DNA of 64,000 bases, taken from assembly GCA_963706595.1 (NCBI GenBank), contig OY970166.1, forward strand, positions 1,120,001-1,184,000. The letters are read 5' to 3'. How positions within the stretch are numbered: position 1 is the first letter of the stretch; every line of letters begins with the position of its first letter. Below are positions 18,618-29,896 of this stretch, in pieces. This stretch comes from an uncultured cyanobacterium. Its GTDB lineage: Bacteria; Cyanobacteriota; Cyanobacteriia; Cyanobacteriales; Nostocaceae. The notes under the pieces are model-generated. The model saw nothing but the letters and a program-made list of their open reading frames with translations. It made no database searches and had not been told where the DNA came from. A program made the position numbers and the translations under genes.

Positions 18618-21600
18618 ATGTCTACAAAGTTTTTTTCGGACTCAGATATAGAAAAAAGTATTTTACCTTGTCCTTTGACACTTAGTGGTGAAACTCTGGC
18701 AATTGAAGCAGTCAGGTTAATGAGTCAAGTTCGTGACACTTGTGATCTCACTTCAACATTGGTGGAATCAGATGTTAATCGGCTGAATCATGCAGAACAA
18801 GCCAGTTGTGTTCTAGTATTTGAAAAGAAAAAATTAGTTGGCATCTTCACAGAAAGAGATATTGTTAAATATACAGCACTGGGGCTGAATCTGGAGCAAG
18901 CAACCCTCGCAGAGGTTATGACCCAAATTCCAGTAACTCTGAAAAAATCACAATTTACGAATATTTTTATTGCTCTAAATCTATTCCGTCAATACAAAAT
19001 TCGCCATCTGGTTGTGGTTGATGATCAACATGATGTTGTGGGTTTGGTAACACCTACAACAGCACGTCAATTAATACAGGCGGCTGATATGTTAAAAATC
19101 CGCTCTGTGAATGAGGCCAAGACTTGTGAAGTCATCCAAGCACCACCAACAGCATCTGTATTAAACTTAGCGCAATTAATGGCAAAGTATTCTGTGAGTT
19201 CTGTGGTGATTACAACGTCCGATTCCCAACCCATAGGAATAATCACAGAACGAGATATTGTGCAAATACAGGCGTTGGAGTTAGATATCCGCAACATTGA
19301 AGCTCATATTGTGATGAGTTCACCTTTGTTTTCTCTACATCCTCAGCAGTCTTTATGGGAAGCTCATCAACAAATGCAAGCCCAGCGAATCAGACGTTTG
19401 GTGGTGGTAGGCGATCGCAATGAATTACTAGGAATAGTCACCCAAAACAGTATACTTTATTGCATAGACCCACGGGAGATGTCTGGGACGGTGAGTTTTT
19501 TGCAGGAACAAGTCTATCAATTAGAATCAGAAAAATTGCAGATCCTGAAAAAGCAAAATATAGAATTAGAAATACAAGTTCAGGAACGTACTGCACAATT
19601 AATCCAACAGGCAAATTCCGACCGACTTCTGGCTACCCTCTCTCAACAGATTCGCAAATCCTTGGATCTCAAGTCTATTCTGCACACTACTGTCTCAGAA
19701 ATTCGGGGATATCTGCAAACAGAACGAGTAGTAATTTACCAATTTGAACCAGAATGGACGGGAAGAATTGTGGCTGAGTCCTTAGCACCAAAAACAACTT
19801 CTCTCCTCGGTCGTGCCATTGATGATCCATGCTTTGGAAGCAATTGGTTAGAAGCCTACGCCAAGGGGCGAGTGCGAAAGATAGAAGATATTTATACTTC
19901 TGGGTTTGCTGATTGTCAGATCCAGCTTTTAGAAACAGCTGAAATCCGCGCCAATTTAATTATCCCGATTGTCTATAATCAGCAGCTTTGGGGTTTGTTG
20001 TGCGCTCATCAATCCTCCCAACCACGAGCTTGGGACACTTTAGAAGTTGAATTACTAGAAAAATTATCCAACCAAATAGCGATCGCTATTCAACAATCTC
20101 AACTCTATGAACAAGCCCAACAGCAATGGACAGAACGTAAGCGCATGGAAGAAGCCTTACGAAATATTGCATTAGGAGTTTCGGCACAAACAGGAGAAGT
20201 TTTTTTCCAATCCTTGGTGCAGTATTTAGCCAAAGCCTTAACAGTTGATTATGCCCTTGTTGGTCGGTTGGTAAATGAAGGAACTGATTACATTCAAACT
20301 ATAGCAATTTGTGCAGATGGGGAAATTCGGGAAAATTTTAATTATTCTTTGCAGGACAGTCCTTGTTACCAAGCAATTAACAACAATGTTAAAGGTGTTT
20401 ATTTTCAGCCCTCGCAGGTACAGCAACAATTTCCCTTGAATAGAAATATGGCAGAGATGGAAGCAGAAGGTTATATGGGAATAACTATTTATGATTCTAC
20501 AGGTAAAGTATTAGGAATATTGGCTGTAGTTAGTCGGCAACCTCTCCATGATATCGAGTTCATAAGTGAAATTCTGCAAATTTTCTCTGTACGAATTGCC
20601 TCAGAACTAGAACGTACTCAAGCAGAAAGAAACCTAAAAAAGCTCAATGAGGAATTAGAAATCCGTATAGCGGAACGTACAGCAGAATTACAGAAAATTA
20701 ATCAAAATTTGCTACTAGAAGTTAAAGAGCGTAAACAAGCAGAAAAAACACTGCAAAAACAGTTAACAGCTATTGAAGCAACTATTGACGGCATCGCCAT
20801 TCTTGATAGTGAAAAATATGTATATTTAAATAAATCTCACGTCCAAATGTTTGGATATGACACAGCCGAAGAATTAATCAGTAAATCCTGGAAAAAATTC
20901 TATAACCCAGACGAAATAGCACGTTTTGAACGTGAAATTATTCCTATTGCGACCCAAGCAAAAAACTGGCGAGGTGAGGCTATAGCAAAGCGACGTGATG
21001 GTAGTACCTTCCATCAAGAAGTCTCACTCACCTTAACTAAAGATGGCGAGTTAATTTGTGTTTCTCGGGACATGACTGAAAGTAAACAAGCACAAGCCCA
21101 ACTACAAAAGTTACTTCTGGAATTGTCAAACTTCAAATACGCTTTAGATCAATCTGCTATTGTGGCTATTACAAATCCCCAAGGACAGATTACCTATGCC
21201 AATGATAAGTTCTGTGAAATCTCCCAATATTCGAGAGCAGAACTCATTGGTAGCAGCCATCGCATCATTAATTCTGGTTATCACTCCCACAAATATTTTC
21301 AACAGCTTTGGTCAACTATTACGAAAGGCCAAGTTTGGCGGGGAGAAATTAAAAACCGGGCTAAGGATGGAACTTACTATTGGGTGGATACAACCATCGT
21401 TCCTTTTTTGGATAATAATCGTAAACCTTGGCAGTATTTAGCCATTCGTAATGATATTACTAATCGCAAACAGGCAAAATCTGACCTCCAACATAGTGAG
21501 CAGAAGTTCCGTCAATTTGCAGAAAATCTGCATCAAGTTTTCTGGATGACTGACCCAGAACAATTTGAAATGCTCTATATCAGTCCTGCTTACGAAGAAA

Positions 21601-22952
21601 TTTGGGGTCGTTCCTGTGAAAGTCTTTATGAAAATCCCAGGTCTTTTATGGATTCTGTCTATGCTGACGATAGACAGCAAGTTACCATTGCAATGCAGAA
21701 TAAAAAACAAGGGTTTGATCTCGAATATCGCATTATTCGACCTGACGGTTCAATGCGTTGGATTCGGGATCGAGCTTTCCCCGTCAAGGATCAAACTGGG
21801 GAAGTATATCGAGTGATTGGTATTGCTGAAGACTTCACCCAGAGCAAAGAAGCCGCAGTCGCCCTTGAGCAAAGTCAAAATTTTCTCCGCCAGGTGATTG
21901 AGACCAATCCCAATCTCATTTTTGTCAAAGATTTGCAGGGAAGATATGTTCTAGCTAATCAAAATTTAGCAGCCATTTATGGGACAACAGTTAAAGAATT
22001 AATTGGTAAAACTGATGCAGATTTCCATCTTGATCCCGTTGAGTTGGCATACTTAGAATCAATAAATCAGCAGGTGATAACGACGTTGCAACCTCATACC
22101 ATACCCGAAAGAATAATCATTTCTGCTACCGGAGAAGTTCGCTATTTCCAAATTATTAAATCTCCTTTGATAGCTGCTGATGGTAAAGCCTATAGAATTC
22201 TCGGAGTATTCACTGATATCACCGAACGGAAGCGAGCCGAACTAGAAATTTGCAAAGCTTTAGAACGAGAAAAAGAACTCGGTGAACTGAAGTCGCGTTT
22301 TGTATCTATGACTTCCCATGAGTTCCGCACCCCTTTAGCTGTAATTTCTTCTTCAGCCGGCATTTTGAAAGATTTTGGTCACAAAATCGACGACGAGAGA
22401 AAGAAAAAACACTTGGATTGTATCCAAACCTATGTCAAACACACGACGCAACTATTAGATGATATTTTATTAATTAATAAAGCAGAGAATGGTAAGCTAG
22501 CTTTTGAGCCTGCTCCCTTAGATTTAATTCCTTTCTGCCAAAAGTTAACTGAGGAAATACAATTGAGTTCGCCCAATCACACCATTATTTTTTCTAGTAA
22601 TCTCCAGGCTGCTGTTAATAGGAATTTGGATAAAAAACTACTCCGGCAAATTTTAATCAATTTACTTTCCAATGCTATTAAATATTCACCCGACTGTGCT
22701 ACAGTAAAATTTGACCTGAATATTACAGATTCCAATGTGGTTTTTAGTATTCAAGACCAAGGTATTGGTATTCCGGAAGTAGACAAAGTTAAATTATTTG
22801 AATCTTTTCACCGTGCAAGCAATGTAGGTAATATTCCCGGTACAGGCTTAGGGTTATCAATTGTGGTCAAATGTGTTGAATTACACAACGGAACAATTTC
22901 GATTAATAGCACAGTGGGTAGGGGGACGACTTTTATTGTGGCAATTTCCTGA
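18618..22952 (+). CDS. Multi-sensor histidine kinase: CBS pairs, cyanobacteriochrome-type GAF, second GAF, about 4 PAS domains, HisKA, HATPase
   Basis: GIFTERDIV and GIITERDIV (CBS); ERVVIYQF...DDPCF...ADCQ...LWGLLCAHQ (CBCR-type GAF); PAS/PAC motifs; TSHEFRTPL; GTGLGLSIV. Confidence 0.92.
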   Translation: MSTKFFSDSDIEKSILPCPLTLSGETLAIEAVRLMSQVRDTCDLTSTLVESDVNRLNHAEQASCVLVFEKKKLVGIFTERDIVKYTALGLNLEQATLAEVMTQIPVTLKKSQFTNIFIALNLFRQYKIRHLVVVDDQHDVVGLVTPTTARQLIQAADMLKIRSVNEAKTCEVIQAPPTASVLNLAQLMAKYSVSSVVITTSDSQPIGIITERDIVQIQALELDIRNIEAHIVMSSPLFSLHPQQSLWEAHQQMQAQRIRRLVVVGDRNELLGIVTQNSILYCIDPREMSGTVSFLQEQVYQLESEKLQILKKQNIELEIQVQERTAQLIQQANSDRLLATLSQQIRKSLDLKSILHTTVSEIRGYLQTERVVIYQFEPEWTGRIVAESLAPKTTSLLGRAIDDPCFGSNWLEAYAKGRVRKIEDIYTSGFADCQIQLLETAEIRANLIIPIVYNQQLWGLLCAHQSSQPRAWDTLEVELLEKLSNQIAIAIQQSQLYEQAQQQWTERKRMEEALRNIALGVSAQTGEVFFQSLVQYLAKALTVDYALVGRLVNEGTDYIQTIAICADGEIRENFNYSLQDSPCYQAINNNVKGVYFQPSQVQQQFPLNRNMAEMEAEGYMGITIYDSTGKVLGILAVVSRQPLHDIEFISEILQIFSVRIASELERTQAERNLKKLNEELEIRIAERTAELQKINQNLLLEVKERKQAEKTLQKQLTAIEATIDGIAILDSEKYVYLNKSHVQMFGYDTAEELISKSWKKFYNPDEIARFEREIIPIATQAKNWRGEAIAKRRDGSTFHQEVSLTLTKDGELICVSRDMTESKQAQAQLQKLLLELSNFKYALDQSAIVAITNPQGQITYANDKFCEISQYSRAELIGSSHRIINSGYHSHKYFQQLWSTITKGQVWRGEIKNRAKDGTYYWVDTTIVPFLDNNRKPWQYLAIRNDITNRKQAKSDLQHSEQKFRQFAENLHQVFWMTDPEQFEMLYISPAYEEIWGRSCESLYENPRSFMDSVYADDRQQVTIAMQNKKQGFDLEYRIIRPDGSMRWIRDRAFPVKDQTGEVYRVIGIAEDFTQSKEAAVALEQSQNFLRQVIETNPNLIFVKDLQGRYVLANQNLAAIYGTTVKELIGKTDADFHLDPVELAYLESINQQVITTLQPHTIPERIIISATGEVRYFQIIKSPLIAADGKAYRILGVFTDITERKRAELEICKALEREKELGELKSRFVSMTSHEFRTPLAVISSSAGILKDFGHKIDDERKKKHLDCIQTYVKHTTQLLDDILLINKAENGKLAFEPAPLDLIPFCQKLTEEIQLSSPNHTIIFSSNLQAAVNRNLDKKLLRQILINLLSNAIKYSPDCATVKFDLNITDSNVVFSIQDQGIGIPEVDKVKLFESFHRASNVGNIPGTGLGLSIVVKCVELHNGTISINSTVGRGTTFIVAIS

Positions 22953-23025
22953 GTATATCTAACTTTTTTGCCCAAGTTTATCAACAATACTCTTAGATAG
23001 GTCTATATGAGGTTACTTTTCAGTT

Positions 23026-23400
23026 ATGAGCTTAATTCTAGTAATTGAAGACGAAACTCAAATTCTGTTAAATCTGCAAGAAATTTTAGAACTAGGAGAT
23101 TTCTCCGTTATTACCGCCGCAGACGGCACAATCGGCTTACAGTTAGCTAAAAGCCAAAATCCTGATTTGATTATCTGTGACATTATGATGCCAGGGTTAA
23201 ATGGCTATGAAGTGTTACAAGAATTGCGACGAGATCCTACGGTTGCTGATATCCCTCTGATTTTTCTCACCGCTAAAGCAGAACGTAATGATTTGCTTCA
23301 AGGTATGGATTTAGGGGCTGATGCTTATATTACCAAACCTTTTGAGCCGTTGGAAATCTTAGAAGCGGTAAAAGCAAGTTTAGAAAGACATGAAAATTAA
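23026..23400 (+). CDS. Single-domain response regulator
   Basis: ILVIEDE, ICDIMMPGLNG, FLTAK, YITKPF. Confidence 0.92.
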   Translation: MSLILVIEDETQILLNLQEILELGDFSVITAADGTIGLQLAKSQNPDLIICDIMMPGLNGYEVLQELRRDPTVADIPLIFLTAKAERNDLLQGMDLGADAYITKPFEPLEILEAVKASLERHEN

Positions 23401-23423
23401 GCACCTTTGAAAGAGGCTCATAT

Positions 23424-24773
23424 TTAGGCGATGCGCTTTCTCAAAGGTAACTTGACAGTAAAATTACTACCTGTTGCTAATTCACTGTGTACATCTATAC
23501 TGCCATTGTGGGCATGAACAATTGCTTGAGCGATCGCCAATCCTAATCCAGAACCGCCAGTTTTACGAGAGCGATCGCTATTAACTCGATAGAAGCGATC
23601 AAAAATTCTGGGAATCTCCGACTGGGGAATCCCAATACCTGTATCCTGCACCTGAATTACAGCATAATGGTCATTGCGACCTAAATCAATAGTAACTTTT
23701 CCCCCTGCTGGTGTGTATTGAATAGCATTAACAATTAAATTAGAAAATAGCCGATAAAGCTGATCTTCATTACCCATAACATTTAGAGATGCAGACATTC
23801 CGACCTGAGAAATTAATTTTATATCAGAGGCGATCGCTAATGCTGCAAATTCCTCAATCAAGTCACTAATAATATCATTCAAACAACACAAATTATATTG
23901 TATAGATACAGCTTGACGGTCTAAACGAGTCAGTAATAATAAATCTGTCACCAAAGTAGTAAGTCGTTGATTCTGACGTTGTATAGTTTTGAGAATCTCC
24001 CGCGCCTCCATCTCATCAAGTTGGGACATAAACAGCGTTGATTCCACCGTCGCCTGTGTTGCGGCTAAAGGTGTGCGTAACTCGTGCGCTGCGTCGGCTG
24101 TAAATTGCTGAACTTGTTGGTATGAAAGATAAATTGGCTGCATAGCTAAACCAGCTAACCACCAACTAGCAAAACCCACCAAACCCAAAGCTATTGGTAA
24201 ACCCAAAGCCAAAGTTAATTTTATAGTTTCCAAATATGTATTAAAATCTTCAAGACTTCGCCCAACTTGAATATAACCCCAATCGAGATTATCTTGAGTG
24301 TGCAGAACAAAAGAAATTTGTTGATAAATAACACCTTGATTGTCCTTCAAAGTTTGCCAATTTTCCTGATTAAACTCTGAAGATAAACCCTTTGGATAAG
24401 CGCCAGCAATAGCAATCAAACGTTTAGAATTATCAAAAAACCGCACATAATAATTACTTTGATTAATAGCACTCAAAACATGACGCTGAGAACGTGACTC
24501 TACTTGAATACAACCTTCACCAACTGCACAAATATTAGGTAAAAGCTGCTCCATTACAGGTGACAACTTCCCTGGTTCCTGTAACTTCAGTTCAATACTA
24601 TCATGTAGAGTTCCCGCAACAGATTCCAACTCACGATTTAAAGTTACCCATTGAGTATGAGAAACCACCCTATAAACCCCATACTCGCACAGGCTAAAAA
24701 TCACAGCCATCACCAGCGCATACCACAAACTCAAACGTAACCGCGTCTGCCAAAACAGCTTATTCTCATTCAT
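23424..24773 (-). CDS. Membrane sensor histidine kinase, RppB/NrsS/CopS-like
   Basis: Two TM helices, FTADAAHELRTPL, IFDRFYRV, GSGLGLAIA; lies in a metal-efflux cluster. Confidence 0.88.
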   Translation of the reverse strand: MNENKLFWQTRLRLSLWYALVMAVIFSLCEYGVYRVVSHTQWVTLNRELESVAGTLHDSIELKLQEPGKLSPVMEQLLPNICAVGEGCIQVESRSQRHVLSAINQSNYYVRFFDNSKRLIAIAGAYPKGLSSEFNQENWQTLKDNQGVIYQQISFVLHTQDNLDWGYIQVGRSLEDFNTYLETIKLTLALGLPIALGLVGFASWWLAGLAMQPIYLSYQQVQQFTADAAHELRTPLAATQATVESTLFMSQLDEMEAREILKTIQRQNQRLTTLVTDLLLLTRLDRQAVSIQYNLCCLNDIISDLIEEFAALAIASDIKLISQVGMSASLNVMGNEDQLYRLFSNLIVNAIQYTPAGGKVTIDLGRNDHYAVIQVQDTGIGIPQSEIPRIFDRFYRVNSDRSRKTGGSGLGLAIAQAIVHAHNGSIDVHSELATGSNFTVKLPLRKRIA

Positions 24774-24875
24774 AAAACCATGCAATAAGCCCTTCTCTAA
24801 CTCTTATCTTTGCGCCTAACGCACTTCGTGCTTCGCTTCGCTGATGCGCCTTTGCGTGAAACCAATCCATATTCA

Positions 24876-25568
24876 TCAATTAAAATTAAACCGATAACCC
24901 AAACCATGTAAAGTTTCAATCATATTTTCACACCCACCATTAACCAACTTCCGCCGCAACAAACGCATTTGAGCCGCCACCACATTACTAACAGGTTCAG
25001 CACTCACCTCCCAAAGCTGATGACGAATTTGTTCAGTAGTCAGAATTTGGTTTGGGTGCTTCATAAAATACTCTAATAACTGAAACTCCTTATAAGTCAG
25101 AATAATTTCCTGAAAATTCCCCACAGCATCTTGACTACAAACTACATTATTACCGTAATCTAAAGTCAGATTACCCACAGTTAATTTCTGGGGCTGAAAT
25201 TGAGGAGACCTTCTTTGCAAAGCGCGTAACCGTGCTAACAATTCCGCCATCCCAAAAGGCTTAACTAAATAATCATCAGCCCCTGCATCTAACCCAGTAA
25301 CTTTATCCTCCATACTGTCCTTAGCAGTCAGCATCAATACAGGTAGAGAATTCTGATGTTTACGCAACCTTTTACACAATTCCAAACCAGAAATTTTAGG
25401 TAACATCCAATCAAAAATAGCTAAAGTATACTCAGTCCAGCTATCTTCTAAATATACCCATGCTGCATCTCCATCAATTACCCAATCAACTAAATACTTG
25501 TGTTGAGTAAGAGTCCGTTTAATAGCAGCACCTAAATCTGGTTCATCCTCGACAAGTAAAACCCTCAT
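24876..25568 (-). CDS. OmpR-family response regulator, RppA/NrsR/CopR-like
   Basis: MRVLLVEDEPDLG (ATG 25568), DWMLP, SNVVAAQMRLLRRKL, IETLHGLGYRF. Confidence 0.9.
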   Translation of the reverse strand: MRVLLVEDEPDLGAAIKRTLTQHKYLVDWVIDGDAAWVYLEDSWTEYTLAIFDWMLPKISGLELCKRLRKHQNSLPVLMLTAKDSMEDKVTGLDAGADDYLVKPFGMAELLARLRALQRRSPQFQPQKLTVGNLTLDYGNNVVCSQDAVGNFQEIILTYKEFQLLEYFMKHPNQILTTEQIRHQLWEVSAEPVSNVVAAQMRLLRRKLVNGGCENMIETLHGLGYRFNFN

Positions 25569-25654
25569 TAGCCTTTTATTTATGTAAAAATCGGTTGTCC
25601 ATTTAAAGTTATTGTAGGTTGGGTAGAACAAAGTGAAACCCAACAAATCCGCAT

Positions 25655-25760
25655 TATAGCAATTCCCCTTCAAGTGAGGTACAAGCAGTAATAATTAAAC
25701 GCAGATGGACGCAGATAAACGCAGATAATTTTGTACTTTATTAGACTAGGAAATGCTATA
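25655..25760. mobile_element. MITE-like element with TATAGCA...TGCTATA ends and ACGCAGAT tandem core
   Basis: Terminal inverted repeats; subterminal AAGTGAGGTACAAG and TGTACTTTATT resemble the 15346 family. Confidence 0.65.
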
Positions 25761-25801
25761 GGGAATAAAGGACTAAAGTCCTTACTACGAACAAATGCTT
25801 T

Positions 25802-26380
25802 TTATGCCAAAATTTGTTGTAAATTTAAGGTGAAATCGGGAAGTACATCTTCACCTGATAAACTTGTAGGAGATTGTAAAACTTCTGGTGGTTGATGAGG
25901 ACGATAAACTTCTACTTGTTGGTCATGGGGATTAATTAACCAACCAAGTTGTAAACCATTGGCTAAATATTCACGCATTTTGGCTTGAGTGTCTGCTAAA
26001 TCATCAGTTTCAGAAACCAATTCCACAGCAAAATCAGGACACAGAGGCAGAAATTTCTTTCTTTGTTGAGGTGTGAGACTATCCCATTTTTCCATCCTTA
26101 TCCAAGCAGCATCAGGAGAACGAGTTGCACCATTAGGAAGTTTAAAGCCAGTGGAAGAATCAAAAGCTTTACCCAAATTATATTGACGGTTCCAAAACCA
26201 TACTTGACCTAATAAATCAAAATTCCGGTTTCCCGTTTCTCCCCCAGTTGGTGACATGATAACTAATTCCCCTTCAGCAGATAATTCCAAACGTAAATCC
26301 TTGTTAGCAGCAACAACCTGAGCAAATTCGTCATCAGTAAATTGGAGATTAGCAGGTAATTGTAAAGTTAAAGCGCTCAT
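25802..26380 (-). CDS. Uma2 (DUF820) family putative endonuclease
   Basis: SPTGGETG, FDSSTGF, RSPDAAW, CPDFAVELVS, KMREY, LGWLINP. Confidence 0.92.
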   Translation of the reverse strand: MSALTLQLPANLQFTDDEFAQVVAANKDLRLELSAEGELVIMSPTGGETGNRNFDLLGQVWFWNRQYNLGKAFDSSTGFKLPNGATRSPDAAWIRMEKWDSLTPQQRKKFLPLCPDFAVELVSETDDLADTQAKMREYLANGLQLGWLINPHDQQVEVYRPHQPPEVLQSPTSLSGEDVLPDFTLNLQQILA

Positions 26381-26594
26381 AATTACTTCCTCCAGCCTCT
26401 AAAACATAGGAACTGCATCTTCTAACCATTATCGGTTAAAACTAAAACGCCCGTTGAGCTTTTCACCTTGAACATCTGCAAATAATTGGTAAAATATTCC
26501 TCCTCTTTTCTTGGCGTTCTTGGCGACTTGGCGGTTCGTTCATCTTTCTAACTCATTTAAACTTGCCATACATACAAATGAAGATTTACGTAAC

Positions 26595-29500
26595 TTACCA
26601 CTCCCAAACTGCGCCCACAGCCTTACCATTTTCCACATTCCCAGAAAGCTGTATTTCCTGCGGAATTAGGAACCTACCAAATTGAGCATATAAAGCAGGT
26701 AAAACCAACAAAGTTAAAGCTGTAGAAGTAAACAAACCACCCAAGACAACCACAGCCAAAGGCTGCAAAATTTCCTTACCAGCACCCGTTCCAACCACCA
26801 AAGGAACCATTCCTAAAGCCGAAGTTAAAGCCGTCATTAAAATAGCAACTAAACGCTCCATTGAACCCTGAAAAATCACCTCCTTTAAAGGCATTCCCTC
26901 CGCCAACTTGTGATTATAATTATCTACTAACAACAAACCGTTACGTGTCGCCACCCCAAACAAAGTAATAAACCCCACCAACGAAGCCACAGAAATAATT
27001 CCCCCTCCCAGCGCAATAGAAAAGATACCCCCCACCAGTGCTAGAGGTAAATTAACCATAATCATCAACATAGCCGCAACAGACTTAACAGCAAAATACA
27101 TTAAAACTGCAATAATTAAAAATGCTATGCCCCCAAATAACAGTAGATTTGCGGTGGCGCGTTGTTCTGATTCAAACTGTCCGCCGTATTGGATAAAGTA
27201 ACCTGTGGGTAACTGTATTGACTGACTAATTTTGGTTTGAATTTCATCTACCACAGAACCTAAATCTCGACCAGATACGTTTGCAGATATGACTATCAAA
27301 CGTGAAACATTTTCGCGGTTAATCGTATTCGGTCCAGTCCCATAGTTTATACTGGCGACTTGAGCGAGGGGGATTTTTTGACCTGTGGGAGTATCTACTA
27401 ATAAGTTACGAATAATGTCTAAATTATTGCGTGATTCCGGCTGTAACCACACCACCAAATCAAATAATTGTTGTCCTTCCAGCACTTGAGACACAACTCG
27501 CCCATTCAGTGCTGTTTCTAACGTATGACTCAAATTTCCCACAGTTAAGCCATAACGGGCGGCGGCTTCTCTGCTAAATTTAATTTGCACCTGTCTAATG
27601 GGGACTTGGGGTTCGAGTTGTAAATCTACCAGTCCGGGAACATCCCCCATGACAGCTTCAATTTCTGACCCCAAACGGCGCAATTCTGGTAAATCATGGC
27701 CAAATATTTTGACTGCGATCGCACTTCTTACTCCTGATAATACCTCATCCATGCGATGGGAAATAAAACCGCCAATACTCGGCGCAACTCCGGGAATCTT
27801 AGCAAACTCAGCGCGTAGCTTCTCAATACTGGCTTCCCGATTCTGCAAACCCTCATCACTGAGTTCCACATCTAAATGACCCAAATTCACCCCTCCTGCA
27901 TCTGCATCACCAGGGGCGCGTCCAGACCTTAACTGCACAGTTTTAAATCGTTTGTCGTCCTTGAGTGCATCCTGTAAAGCAAATCCCACTTGATTAGTCG
28001 CTTCCAGGGAACTTCCAGGATAAAGCACCATCGCATTCACTAAAGATGATTCCTGAAACTCAGGTAAAAACACCCGTCCCAGAGTCGGCAAAATTACCAA
28101 GGAGGCTATTAAGGAAGCTGTAGCTACAACTAAAATCACTTTGGGAAAACCCGTAGCAAAACTGAGGAGAGGTCGATAAAAGCGCTGTGCTAAAGCACTC
28201 ACCCAAGTATCATCTGTGGGTAGTTGTCGATTTGCTAATAAAATCGCGCAAAGTGCCGGGGATAGAGTCATAGCCACGAAAGTTGAAGCAAAAATTGATA
28301 CCAAATAGGCGACTCCCATCGGTGCAAAGATTCGACCTTCTACACCTGTGAAGGTGAAAATAGGGGCAAAGACAACGGCAATAATTACTGTAGAAAAAAT
28401 TACGCTGACTCTCACAGCCACAGAGGTATCATAAACCACCTTAAAAGGATGCACCGGATTTTTGGCTACTTGGTTCTGGCGTAAACCCCGGTAACAATTT
28501 TCCATGTCCACAATGGAGTCATCCACCACCGAACCAATAGCCACGGCTAAACCTCCCAGAGTCATAGTATTGATACCTTGACCAAACCAGCCAAGAATCA
28601 TCATCCCAATTAATACTGATAGAGGAATGGCGCTTAGAGTAATGATGGCGGTACGCCAGTTCATTAAAAACATTAACAGGATAATGCAAACGATAATTAT
28701 CCCATCTCTGAGGGAACTGGTAACATTTTGAATCGCAGCTGTAATAAAGTTTTCTTGGCGAAAGGTTTCTGTAACTGTGATATCTGCGGGTAAGCCAGCT
28801 TTGACTTCTGTCATCGCTTGTTCGATGGCTTTCGTGACTGTCGGCGTGTCATTCTGCGGTTGCTTATTAATTAACACTACAACGGCTGGCTGACCATCCA
28901 AACTACCATCCCCACGCTTTAAACCTGCACCAATACGGACATCTGCCACATCTTGCAGTAACACAGGTGTATTATTACGAGAGGTTATGGCTGATTTCCC
29001 TAGTTCCTCAATAGACTCAATGCGCCCCAATCCCCGAATAATTAGCTCTTGGTCGGGATTTATCAAAAAACCACCCGCAGCGTTAACGTTAGCTTCCCTA
29101 GTGGCTGCTGTGACTTCATCCAAGGTGACATTAAAGGCTTGCAGTTTGTCCGGATTTACTAAAACCTGATATTGGCGCACATCTCCACCATAAGCAATGA
29201 CTTGGGATACTCCAGGTACAGCTAACAGCCGATTGGTAATATCTCTGTCTACTAAGCGCCGCACTTCCATGAGTGGGAGAGTTTTGGAGGTGAAGGCGTA
29301 TTGTAGAACTGTGGCGATGGGGGAAGTGATGGGGGAAATTTGCGGGTTTTCTACACCTTCTGGTAGTTTTTGTTGTGCTTGTTGTAACCTTTCTGTGACT
29401 AGTTGTCGAGCTTGATAAACGTCTGTGTTCCAGTTGAAGATGACTTTGACGACGGATATTCCTACGGCTGAGGCGGAACGGACGGTTTCTACTCCTGGTG

Positions 29501-29726
29501 TGCCATTGACGGCGCTTTCTATGGGTAGGGTGATTAAGGTTTCTATTTCTTCTGGTGCTAGTCCTGGGGCTTCTGTTTGAATTTCTACTTGGGGTGGGGC
29601 GAAGTCGGGGAGGACATCTAGGGGCATCTGGGTGAGGTTATATACTCCTAAGCAGGTGATTATGATGGCGCTGAGGACTACTAGCCAGCGTTGGATTATT
29701 GACCATTTGAGGATTGTGTTGAGCAT
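26595..29726 (-). CDS. CusA/CzcA-family heavy-metal RND efflux pump (CopA-like of the cyanobacterial CopBAC system)
   Basis: 1043 aa; PQVEIQTEAPG, TLGGLAVAIGSVVDDSIVDMEN, ILMTALTSALG. Confidence 0.93.
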   Translation of the reverse strand: MLNTILKWSIIQRWLVVLSAIIITCLGVYNLTQMPLDVLPDFAPPQVEIQTEAPGLAPEEIETLITLPIESAVNGTPGVETVRSASAVGISVVKVIFNWNTDVYQARQLVTERLQQAQQKLPEGVENPQISPITSPIATVLQYAFTSKTLPLMEVRRLVDRDITNRLLAVPGVSQVIAYGGDVRQYQVLVNPDKLQAFNVTLDEVTAATREANVNAAGGFLINPDQELIIRGLGRIESIEELGKSAITSRNNTPVLLQDVADVRIGAGLKRGDGSLDGQPAVVVLINKQPQNDTPTVTKAIEQAMTEVKAGLPADITVTETFRQENFITAAIQNVTSSLRDGIIIVCIILLMFLMNWRTAIITLSAIPLSVLIGMMILGWFGQGINTMTLGGLAVAIGSVVDDSIVDMENCYRGLRQNQVAKNPVHPFKVVYDTSVAVRVSVIFSTVIIAVVFAPIFTFTGVEGRIFAPMGVAYLVSIFASTFVAMTLSPALCAILLANRQLPTDDTWVSALAQRFYRPLLSFATGFPKVILVVATASLIASLVILPTLGRVFLPEFQESSLVNAMVLYPGSSLEATNQVGFALQDALKDDKRFKTVQLRSGRAPGDADAGGVNLGHLDVELSDEGLQNREASIEKLRAEFAKIPGVAPSIGGFISHRMDEVLSGVRSAIAVKIFGHDLPELRRLGSEIEAVMGDVPGLVDLQLEPQVPIRQVQIKFSREAAARYGLTVGNLSHTLETALNGRVVSQVLEGQQLFDLVVWLQPESRNNLDIIRNLLVDTPTGQKIPLAQVASINYGTGPNTINRENVSRLIVISANVSGRDLGSVVDEIQTKISQSIQLPTGYFIQYGGQFESEQRATANLLLFGGIAFLIIAVLMYFAVKSVAAMLMIMVNLPLALVGGIFSIALGGGIISVASLVGFITLFGVATRNGLLLVDNYNHKLAEGMPLKEVIFQGSMERLVAILMTALTSALGMVPLVVGTGAGKEILQPLAVVVLGGLFTSTALTLLVLPALYAQFGRFLIPQEIQLSGNVENGKAVGAVWEW

Positions 29727-29896
29727 GGAGGTGGAGGAGGATTTTTAACGCAAAGGGGCGCGGAGGTTAGCGCAAAGGTACGCGGAGAGTTATTTGGTGT
29801 TTTATTTGGAGGAGTAACGTTCGCGTAGCGTGCGCGAAGCGCATACCGCAGAGGCACAGAGGACTTAGAGGAATGAGGTTTTAGAGAGTTTTTGCG

